From the sequence record LC667451.1: 40,000 nt of DNA. One strand, written 5' to 3'. The position numbers were made by a program, and so were the translations under genes. This DNA is from Burkholderia phage FLC9. Shown piece after piece: positions 32,887 to 40,000 of this stretch. The notes beneath the pieces were generated by a model that worked only from the letters and a program-made list of their open reading frames with translations, made no database searches and was not told where the DNA came from. Each line of letters opens with the position of its first letter. The stretch's first letter is position 1.

Positions 32887-34812
32887 TTACCAGCGGCTGC
32901 CGAAGTTCGAACGCCAGCCGCCGCCTTGCGAGGCGCCGCCACCGAAGCCCGAGGAGAACAGGCCGGTAGCGCCCGGAGCCATGAGCAGGCCGTTGGCGAA
33001 CTGCGCCGTCGCACGCTCTTGACCAGCGATGTCGCCGAACGGGTACTGGGCACGCAGTTGCAGGCCGGTATCCAGGCAGCCCTTCGCGAGAGCTTCCATG
33101 AAGTCACCTGCCAGCGTTGCGCGGCGCGAGAAGCCCGTGAACGTTGCGTCGCCCACCAGCGCCTGGATGATAGCCTTGCGGCGTGCCAGACGTTGTGCTG
33201 CCGGGATCTGCAGATTCACGAACGAATCGCTCCAGTCCTTGATAACCGACGGGTCCTTCTCGCCGATCATGTTCGCGACTGCCAGGTAGTCGATGTTGCG
33301 GATGTCGCACTTGCGACCGTTGCTGTCGACGTACCAGCCGTTGTGGATACGCGTCTGGTTGTCGAATGCGACGCGGCCCGAACCCTGGTAGTTCTTGCCG
33401 AAGTTGCCGTTCGTCAGATGCTGCGCGGCTTCGATGATGAACGCATTGGCGCGGCTGTTGCCTTCCGCGGCTGCTGCGAACACCGAGTTCGACCACGTCG
33501 ACGGACCGCATTCCGGCACGTCGATGGACATGAGCAGACCCGGACGCACGAATGCTTGCAGGATCTTGTTCAGCGTGCCTTGCTGCGCGAAGCTGTCCGA
33601 CTTCGTGTCGATACGCGCGCCGATGCCGTTCGGGTTGCCTTCCGGATTCGCTTCGATACCGATTGCACCGATGTCGTGCATGTCGATGCCTTGCGAGTAC
33701 GGACGCGGTGCGAAGCCACGAGCCCACGCATTGCCGTCACGCAGCATCATGGCCTGCACGAGCGCGAACAGCTGCGCCGGAACGGTCATGAGCTCGACGC
33801 ATTCGAGGTGCGTCATGATGAAGTGCGTCACGTACAGCGGGCTGAACTGCTGTTGTTGCTGGCCCCAGTTGCCGTACGGGTTGCCTTGCGGGTTCACCGG
33901 GTCCCAGACCAGGTCCAGGAAGCCGCCGACCACCGACACCTTCGTTGCGCGCGCGTCCGCGTTGGCGCCCGTACCTTGCTGAGCCGCCGTAGCGATCAGT
34001 TCGATGAGGACGTCGGTACGGATCGGTTCGCCGACCGGGTCGACCAACTGGTCGTGGTTGAACTGCACGCGTGCCGTCAGGTTCGAGTCCTTCGCTGCGC
34101 CAGCCAGGTTCAGATCGTGGAAGTCCGAGCGACCGCGGTCGAGTTCGTGCGCGTCGGCGAACAGCGAGTTCGCAGCCAGCTGGTACACGAGCGGTTCGTC
34201 CGCCATGTTGAAGTCACGCGGCACGACCGTTGCTTCTGCGTCGACCAGGCGCGCGCCAGGGAAGGTGCGCGACACGGCGTCGGCTGCGACTTCACGGAAC
34301 TTGTCGTCCCACACTTCGCAGTCGAGACGCATGATTTCGACGTTCTGGCCGTTGATCTGCTCGTACTTCGGCGGGAACGGCTCGCCCGAACCGGCGACGA
34401 TCAGGGTGTGGTACGCCACGCCCAGGTCCTGGCTATTGCGGTCGAACATGGCGACGATCAGCGCCGAGCGTGCGATTGCCGGGTTGTTGTTCATGTCGAG
34501 CGGGATGAGCTTGATCTCGAAGGACGGGTTCGCGCCCTTGTAGATTTCGGCCAGCGCCTTCTCGAGCTTGACCAGCACTTCCGAGGCCGGGTTACGGCCC
34601 ATGGGAGCGTTGGCCAGGCGGCCCATGCTGCGGAAGCTGAAGCCTGCCGGAGCGTCTTGTTGCGGAGTGCTCATGTTACCTCGTCCTTGTTGGGATTGCT
34701 GCTTTTCGTTACCGCGCGATGCGGAGAAACCGGCGCCCGTCGACTGCGTGCTGCCTTGGCCTGCGTTCGACGATTGGCCGTTCTGGTTGTTGTCGGGCGT
34801 TTCGATTGCCAT
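32887..34812 (-). CDS. candidate major nuclear shell protein (chimallin, ChmA/phiKZ gp54-like)
   Basis: 641 aa, disordered Q/G/S-rich N-terminus, directly upstream of the NADFDGD beta' gene as phiKZ gp54 precedes gp55. Own promoter-like motif and strong terminator. Assignment is by size and synteny. Confidence 0.65.
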   Translation of the reverse strand: MAIETPDNNQNGQSSNAGQGSTQSTGAGFSASRGNEKQQSQQGRGNMSTPQQDAPAGFSFRSMGRLANAPMGRNPASEVLVKLEKALAEIYKGANPSFEIKLIPLDMNNNPAIARSALIVAMFDRNSQDLGVAYHTLIVAGSGEPFPPKYEQINGQNVEIMRLDCEVWDDKFREVAADAVSRTFPGARLVDAEATVVPRDFNMADEPLVYQLAANSLFADAHELDRGRSDFHDLNLAGAAKDSNLTARVQFNHDQLVDPVGEPIRTDVLIELIATAAQQGTGANADARATKVSVVGGFLDLVWDPVNPQGNPYGNWGQQQQQFSPLYVTHFIMTHLECVELMTVPAQLFALVQAMMLRDGNAWARGFAPRPYSQGIDMHDIGAIGIEANPEGNPNGIGARIDTKSDSFAQQGTLNKILQAFVRPGLLMSIDVPECGPSTWSNSVFAAAAEGNSRANAFIIEAAQHLTNGNFGKNYQGSGRVAFDNQTRIHNGWYVDSNGRKCDIRNIDYLAVANMIGEKDPSVIKDWSDSFVNLQIPAAQRLARRKAIIQALVGDATFTGFSRRATLAGDFMEALAKGCLDTGLQLRAQYPFGDIAGQERATAQFANGLLMAPGATGLFSSGFGGGASQGGGWRSNFGSRW

Positions 34813-34843
34813 AGTGCTATTCCTTGTTTCGGTATTATGTTTA

Positions 34844-34859
34844 ACACACTCGAGTGTGT
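34844..34859. repeat. perfect 16-nt palindrome acacactcgagtgtgt
   Basis: Self-reverse-complementary, in the leader between the promoter-like motif and the putative chimallin start. Confidence 0.9.
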
Positions 34860-34891
34860 ACTAGAATGAGCGGATCTCGGTTCCAGCACAA

Positions 34892-34905
34892 GTTAGTGAT
34901 ATGTG
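34892..34905 (-). promoter_or_regulatory. candidate phage RNAP promoter motif CACATATCACTAAC
   Basis: Motif family member, 80 nt upstream of the putative chimallin ATG. Confidence 0.55.
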
Positions 34906-34929
34906 CCTGTATTTCTTTTGAATCAGCTA

Positions 34930-35544
34930 CTAGCTTACGTAGCTTCCTTTCCAGCCCTTATGATGCTTCCGGCGTCCTGCAAAGACATCGTACATTCCGG
35001 TTGCTGAGAGCCCGTGCTTCTGACAGAACTCAAATAGGTTAGTCCCCTGATGCTCAGTCCCGTCTGGAGCAACCATGACAAACGTTTTAGCAATAGCCTG
35101 CGCTTGTCGTGCATGTCCTGGGTCTGTCAACTTGGTTTTGCCTACTTTGGCTTCCGAACTTTTACGATAACGATCGGAGGTGTCTTTTGTCTGGCCAATC
35201 ATCTCGTCACCGCGCCTGCGGTATCCGTTGATGTGTCGACCATTCTCAAAACGTTCCTTATGATTCTGCTCGACCGTAATAAAACGACAGCTTTCTTCGG
35301 TATAGTTTCCCACGTCTCCGACACGACCCAAGACATGTTGACCTTTCCGACGCCCAATACTAGACGGTTCGGTAAGACCAGCATTAACAACTTTGTCAAG
35401 GTATTGTGAAAACGTTAATACCGAATCGAGATCACGTGCGCGAGCAGCCTGAAGATGAAGTGAGTACTTCGTAAACCATTCTTCGGCTTGTTCGGCAGGA
35501 AATCCCTTCTCTACAACTACAGCTATCTTTTCTTGCAGATGCAC
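34930..35544 (-). mobile_element. HNH/NUMOD-like putative homing endonuclease (free-standing)
   Basis: LTFSQYLDKVVNAGLTEPSSIGRRKGQHVLGRVGDVGNYTEESCRFITVEQN plus C-terminal FVMVAPDGTEHQGTNLFEFCQKHGLSATGMYDVFAGRRKHHKGWKG, typical of phage HNH/NUMOD homing proteins. More AT-rich than neighbours. Confidence 0.7.
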
Positions 35545-35572
35545 GATTACACCCTATCCTCAACTATGACAA

Positions 35573-35587
35573 GTTGGTGATATATGG
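35573..35587 (-). promoter_or_regulatory. candidate phage RNAP promoter motif CCATATATCACCAAC
   Basis: Motif family member, about 30 nt upstream of ATG at 35544. Confidence 0.5.
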
Positions 35588-35652
35588 CTGAAAACATTCA
35601 CATTTTCACTAGCTTGTGCTGACGCAGCATCAAACCTCGCTCATAGGGGGGT

Positions 35653-35683
35653 CCTCTATCCGGTGGGTAAGACCGGATAGAGG
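35653..35683 (-). terminator. hairpin, probable terminator or structured intergenic RNA
   Basis: Perfect 12-bp stem cctctatccggt / accggatagagg with a 7-nt loop, in the 214-nt intergenic gap. Confidence 0.5.
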
Positions 35684-35758
35684 TAAAGACAACGGCAAAG
35701 CTGTCTCTATAACATACGCATATTCCGCGTAAGTTTTTACTGGGGTACTACATGTGCG

Positions 35759-36298
35759 TTAGTGCAGCTGGCGACGTTGCTTGCGCGGCAGGCGAGCTTG
35801 TTCGCGAATGCGGCGTTCTTCCAGCTGCTCCGGCGTGTAGGCCAGGTTCGTGGTGAAGCGATCGTACGGAACGACCAGATTCACGAACACGGTACCTTCG
35901 TCATTGCGTGTGACGCGCAGATTGCCGGTGGTGATGCCGTGATACCACTGATGCTCGTTCAGGCGCGCGATCGAGAGGTCGTTGTCGAATTCCTTCTTCT
36001 CGGCAATGATCAACTCGTAACGCACCAGCGCCCAGTCGACTTGACGGAACGTCGTCGGATACGGACGTTGTGACAGGAAACGCATGAAGTACTGTTGCTT
36101 CTGGAAGTTCAGATACGCTTCCTGTTGCGCAGCACGCTGCATCGCTTCCGTGACTTGTTCCGGCGTTTGCTCCGGATTCGCAGCCAGCCCTTCAGCCGTG
36201 ACCTGTGCGAGTTCTTCTTCGCTCATCACGTCGTCCAGCGTCGGCACCTTCGTGCGTACGGTTACTTCTTCTTGCAGTTGTTCTTCCATTAAGTCCAC
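35759..36298 (-). CDS. hypothetical protein (179 aa)
   Basis: ORF. ATG could also be internal. Confidence 0.7.
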   Translation of the reverse strand: MDLMEEQLQEEVTVRTKVPTLDDVMSEEELAQVTAEGLAANPEQTPEQVTEAMQRAAQQEAYLNFQKQQYFMRFLSQRPYPTTFRQVDWALVRYELIIAEKKEFDNDLSIARLNEHQWYHGITTGNLRVTRNDEGTVFVNLVVPYDRFTTNLAYTPEQLEERRIREQARLPRKQRRQLH

Positions 36299-36774
36299 CG
36301 ATCACGTTTTCTGTTCTTGGGTAATGCCGGACGACGCGAGCTCTTTCCAGGGTTGTTCACCTTAAAAACGGGCATAGCGTATTCGACTTCTGCCAAGCTG
36401 GGGAGCTTAGCGTCACTTCTCATGGGATGAGTTAGGCCAGTTATTTTTTCCTGGATTTCCCGTTCACTCATCCCACGATTCTGGAGTTCGCCGCGCAATT
36501 CCTCGGGCGAAGCAATCACGATAAGCGGAAGTTGGGCAGCCCGAATCTTCTCGATCACGTGAGGTGCATGCAAGGAGTGTCCCACGTACAGAATTGGCAG
36601 ATCCCGCCAAGCGCCCTTGTGCTGCGCAGTCAACTCCATCACCGGCGTGCCATCAGGCAGCTTTAGTGTAATGGATTCGCCAGTTTGATCAATCGGTTCA
36701 GTGAGGGGCTTAGTCATTTCCCGCAAGGAATCGATAATCTCCTCGGTACTCCCTCTGAGTTCGCCTATTCCCAC
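36289..36774 (-). CDS. hypothetical protein (161 aa)
   Basis: ORF with small overlaps on both sides. Confidence 0.65.
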   Translation of the reverse strand: MGIGELRGSTEEIIDSLREMTKPLTEPIDQTGESITLKLPDGTPVMELTAQHKGAWRDLPILYVGHSLHAPHVIEKIRAAQLPLIVIASPEELRGELQNRGMSEREIQEKITGLTHPMRSDAKLPSLAEVEYAMPVFKVNNPGKSSRRPALPKNRKRDRWT

Positions 36775-37088
36775 CAGTTCCTCCGCTTGTATTGGGAAGC
36801 CGTTTGTGCACCGTGCTTCTTCTTTTTCTTGGCACGACGCTCTTCACGATTACGGGGATCGATCATCGGCCCGTGATTCATGTTGGTGTACGTCCTGGTA
36901 CCGGTATCCTCGCCGATGTTCCCGTACAGGGTGACGGTACTGGTATCGCTGCCCGCATGCGCAACCGCTGCTTGCAGTGCTGCAATTTGCATCAGGGTAC
37001 GCATAGGGCTACGTCGACCACTACCTGGGGAATAGTGACCGATGGTGCCGACATTCACGTGCGGCTTAGTGCGTTCGAATTTGGGCAT
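36765..37088 (-). CDS. small protein with EF-Tu-like N-terminus and poly-Lys C-terminal region
   Basis: [28 protein letters not shown]...[24 protein letters not shown] at 37088 overlaps the upstream stop (TGATG). Confidence 0.8.
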   Translation of the reverse strand: [107 protein letters not shown]

Positions 37089-37384
37089 CACCAAGGTCCG
37101 ATCAGGAAGAGGCAGGCGAGCGGGATAGCCAACACCAGGTAAATGAGACAGACCCAGGCTTCCTGTTTGCGCTTCTTCGGATTCGTGTGGCGGGTCTCGA
37201 AGCGATTATCCACTTCGTAGTGACCAAAGCTAACGCGCCGTGTTTCGGTAATCAGCGTCGTTTCACGGAAACCTTCGAAATACATCATGAAGTAAAACGC
37301 GCTGCCGAAATAGAGGAGAAAGGCGAGTGTTCTCGCCAAACCGAGCCAAGGCATCAGGATTCCTTCGGTGTGGGGTTGGCACAA
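37088..37384 (-). CDS. small membrane protein, two predicted transmembrane segments
   Basis: LARTLAFLLYFGSAFYFMMYF and WVCLIYLVLAIPLACLFLIGPW. Confidence 0.65.
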   Translation of the reverse strand: MCQPHTEGILMPWLGLARTLAFLLYFGSAFYFMMYFEGFRETTLITETRRVSFGHYEVDNRFETRHTNPKKRKQEAWVCLIYLVLAIPLACLFLIGPW

Positions 37385-37626
37385 GACTTACAGGTCATGC
37401 GGCGCTTGTAGCCCAGGAAGTGATGACGGCAATGCAGGCAGATGCATTCGTACATGCCGTTCTCGTGCGGAAAGTCTTCCGGCCAGTTACGGGCAAACGA
37501 GCCCGGATGCTGGCGATTGAATGCCGCCACAATGGCGCTATCCAGTTTGCTACGGTCTGCCTGTAGGCCTGCTACGGTAGCAGAGGCTTTAGCCGCCTCG
37601 GGGCTCGGTCCGATCTCTTGACTCAT
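37354..37626 (-). CDS. small zinc-ribbon-like protein
   Basis: C-terminal YECICLHCRHHFLGYKRRMTCKSCANP. Confidence 0.7.
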   Translation of the reverse strand: MSQEIGPSPEAAKASATVAGLQADRSKLDSAIVAAFNRQHPGSFARNWPEDFPHENGMYECICLHCRHHFLGYKRRMTCKSCANPTPKES

Positions 37627-37847
37627 GCTGCTTCTCGTTCTTGGTATCGTTCTAGTGTTGCTTCCGCTTCTTCCAGTTCAGCCCGAATGGCAGCGACACG
37701 AATGCGCGCTTCTTCGACTGTCCAGGCTTCCGCACCCCGTTGGGCCTCATTCACGATCCGGGACAGGTTGTGCTGAATGGCGCGCACGCCTTTCTCGCGA
37801 TCCTGTTTCCATGATGGTGCCCAGCTTTTGGTTGGTCTCTTCGCCAC
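37623..37847 (-). CDS. hypothetical protein (74 aa), coiled-coil-like
   Basis: ORF in tight cluster, overlaps neighbour start. Confidence 0.6.
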   Translation of the reverse strand: MAKRPTKSWAPSWKQDREKGVRAIQHNLSRIVNEAQRGAEAWTVEEARIRVAAIRAELEEAEATLERYQEREAA

Positions 37848-37858
37848 AACCCCACCTC

Positions 37859-38212
37859 TTACAGCGGCGCTTGTTTCTTCAGATAGTCAACGACCCGTTG
37901 CAGGGCTGTCGGCACCCCACGATCACGCGCTGCCGGATTGCGCATCACCACCACCATGTAGGGCAAGAGCTTGTCACCCAGATCACTATCCGCGATGTCG
38001 CAGGTATAGATCGAGGTGTTCGCATCGGGCGTACCCGACACGATGTCACGTGCGACAGCGTAAGCCCGTGCAATATACGGCAGCGTGGCGCGGTCTTCCG
38101 GACCAATCAGACTGGACTGCGAACGAATGAGCGAAGCCCAGCCGCCGAGAATACCAACGCTCAGGACCAGATTGCCGCGATCATCTGCTGCGCGTTCTTG
38201 ATCGAAATTCAT
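37859..38212 (-). CDS. hypothetical protein (about 117 aa)
   Basis: ATG (MNFDQERAADD) at 38212 with RBS ggagaaag overlaps the stop of the upstream ORF at 38209. Confidence 0.6.
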   Translation of the reverse strand: MNFDQERAADDRGNLVLSVGILGGWASLIRSQSSLIGPEDRATLPYIARAYAVARDIVSGTPDANTSIYTCDIADSDLGDKLLPYMVVVMRNPAARDRGVPTALQRVVDYLKKQAPL

Positions 38213-38457
38213 TTCTTTCTCCGACGTTCTTTCTTGGGAGTATTCCACCAGTCACGTTGGCGACTGTACTTGGTATCAAAGATGTTGGGCTTCGGTACCG
38301 GTTCGGTTTCAGCACAGACGTAAGAACTGTTGCGCAGGGTTTCCACAATCGCAGTGCTAACCGTGGTGCCCGGTGTCACAATGACCGTAACATTGGTCAC
38401 TCGAGCCGACTCTTGCGCAATGATCCGTGCGTCCATATCGCCTACGATAGCGATCAT
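38209..38457 (-). CDS. hypothetical protein (82 aa)
   Basis: ORF; overlaps 38357..38617 by about 100 nt in another frame. Confidence 0.5.
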   Translation of the reverse strand: MIAIVGDMDARIIAQESARVTNVTVIVTPGTTVSTAIVETLRNSSYVCAETEPVPKPNIFDTKYSRQRDWWNTPKKERRRKK

Positions 38458-38638
38458 TCCACAATCCCTTCAAAGATCCAGCGTCGCATGGCGCCTTGCT
38501 CGGCTGCGCGGCGCTGGAGAGCACCTTTCTGATAACCACTGACGGATTGGGAATTCCCTTTCGCCGTGGCATTTCGAATTCTGACACGATTCTTGATCGT
38601 CGTGCGTTTGACAACATTCACCCCGAACATCGCAGACC

Positions 38639-38824
38639 TCAGTGTGTACTAATGTAGAAGATCAACCAAGCCACGACTGAGATCAGGCTACCCATCACCA
38701 GGAAGCCAGCGGCCGCGATGCTTTGAAAAGGCACCCGCTCAGGACTCAGCAAGACCGAGAGTGGGATACCCACGCAAATCACCGTAATCCAAATCGGAAT
38801 CCAGTACGCGTGAAACGAAATCAT
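38639..38824 (-). CDS. small membrane protein (61 aa), two transmembrane segments
   Basis: YWIPIWITVICVGIPLSVLLS and IAAAGFLVMGSLISVVAWLIFYI. Confidence 0.6.
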   Translation of the reverse strand: MISFHAYWIPIWITVICVGIPLSVLLSPERVPFQSIAAAGFLVMGSLISVVAWLIFYISTH

Positions 38825-38866
38825 GCCGGCCTCATCGTATGCTTATTTGACTAACAGGACGTTTCT

Positions 38867-40000
38867 ATGCACGGCCTTTTTAATTTGCTACCTGGTGTGA
38901 ATGTTCCCACCATGTACGCGGCGAACTGGCACTATGCCAGAGACGGTCTCAGGCACAACCTGAAGAAGGTCGTGGAGTTTTACCGCTACCATTCGATGGC
39001 GGTGGAGAGCGAACACTTCCTGATCCGTCTACTGCAGTCGATCGCTGTGGGAAAACACACGGAGCTCCACCGGTACTACGACATAATGGACTCACTGTCA
39101 TTGAATCTCGGCATGGCGTTAAAAATGACTTCGCCTATTTCGCGGGGTCATCCGTTTAAGGGCGTGTTCTATCACGGCTGTACCGAAGTTCTGATCGCTG
39201 AAAACGCGGACTTCGATGTGGAAGCTGTGGACAAGAACTGGGAGAACGTACAAGCGATTCGTGTGCTGCGTCATCCGCGCAGCGATCTGATGCTGAACCT
39301 CCCGGATGGTAAGAAGACAGGGACGGAAACGGGCATTGCCGTGATCGCGATTAATATCCCGATGCTGGCTGTGCAATACCGGGCGTTTCGCTTACGTGAA
39401 GATGCGTATAGTGAACGCACGGGTGAACCCGGTCGAACGATCCAGCAGTTTGTGCACATGCACGTACTGCCGAACATGCTCTACAGTCACTTCGACTACG
39501 TCATGTTCAACCGGATCTACAATCTGGAGCGCGGGATTCCGATGGGTGAGGGCAAGGCGCATCCGTTCTATATCACGGACTTCTCCCTGAAGTTGAATGC
39601 GGTACAGGCCACCATCCTGGCGAACCTGCAGGCTGTGGGGCAAGACTTCACAGGGATTTTGCGCAGCATTCCTGCGGTCACCAAGGAAAGCCTGAACGAG
39701 GTGATGACCGTCCCTGACATGGCACAGACGATTCAAGTGGTCTGGGCGCTGGCGCTGTCACGCTTTCCGGCAATTCAGCTGATGGTGGATCTGTCTGAGG
39801 GTGGTAACCAGGCGGGGGCAAACGTCCGTAACCAACAGCAACTCAATCTGTTGGTGCAGTCAATTCGGATGTATAAGACAGGCACGTATTTCTCGAGTGT
39901 GTTGCAGGGTGAAGATCTCAAGCTGGTCAACGGCGAGATCGACGACCTGATCGAGAAGATTCAAGAAGTGGGTGGCACATCCATGGTCACACCGGCATAA
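38867..40000 (+). CDS. hypothetical protein (377 aa), possible structural protein
   Basis: Long ORF with stop at the last three bases of the window. RBS aggac upstream of ATG. Confidence 0.75.
   Translation: MHGLFNLLPGVNVPTMYAANWHYARDGLRHNLKKVVEFYRYHSMAVESEHFLIRLLQSIAVGKHTELHRYYDIMDSLSLNLGMALKMTSPISRGHPFKGVFYHGCTEVLIAENADFDVEAVDKNWENVQAIRVLRHPRSDLMLNLPDGKKTGTETGIAVIAINIPMLAVQYRAFRLREDAYSERTGEPGRTIQQFVHMHVLPNMLYSHFDYVMFNRIYNLERGIPMGEGKAHPFYITDFSLKLNAVQATILANLQAVGQDFTGILRSIPAVTKESLNEVMTVPDMAQTIQVVWALALSRFPAIQLMVDLSEGGNQAGANVRNQQQLNLLVQSIRMYKTGTYFSSVLQGEDLKLVNGEIDDLIEKIQEVGGTSMVTPA

Noticed and set aside
32926-34869. 647-aa plus-strand ORF opposite the putative chimallin gene
   Set aside because: Mirror ORF of a high-GC3 gene with Arg/Val/His-rich translation. 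It lacks an RBS and promoter.
1-40000. tRNA genes or CRISPR arrays
   Set aside because: No cloverleaf with a GTTCRANNC-type T arm or regularly spaced direct repeats recognised by eye. tRNAscan-SE and a CRISPR finder would be needed to exclude them firmly.

Overview
This 40 kb window is from a nucleus-forming, phiKZ-like (chimallivirus-type) jumbo phage. The evidence is a set of split multisubunit RNA polymerase genes: a beta' N-terminal piece with the catalytic NADFDGDQ motif (31235-32722), a beta C-terminal piece (19128-21323), and two different beta' C-terminal-like pieces (17030-19075 and 7364-8737). It also carries the N-terminal part of a family-B-like DNA polymerase, an SF2 helicase, an Mre11/SbcD-like nuclease, an SSB-like protein with a DLPF tail, a muramidase endolysin, and (by size and gene order) a candidate chimallin shell protein. 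The observations most worth following up are: (1) a 107-aa phage protein whose N-terminus copies bacterial EF-Tu ([16 protein letters not shown]) but has lost the P-loop; (2) tandem macrodomain paralogs, one with degenerate ADP-ribose-binding loops; (3) a recurrent minus-strand motif, YATATYACYAAC, upstream of several genes, resembling the phiKZ early promoter; (4) a compact structured RNA candidate (6178-6256) overlapping a ribosome binding site; (5) a 16-nt perfect palindrome in the leader of the putative chimallin gene, next to an HNH/NUMOD-like mobile gene; (6) a possible -1 frame coding continuation at about 12.0 kb. No tRNA, rRNA or CRISPR array was recognised. All identifications come from reading motifs and from remembered family knowledge. 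No database search was run.
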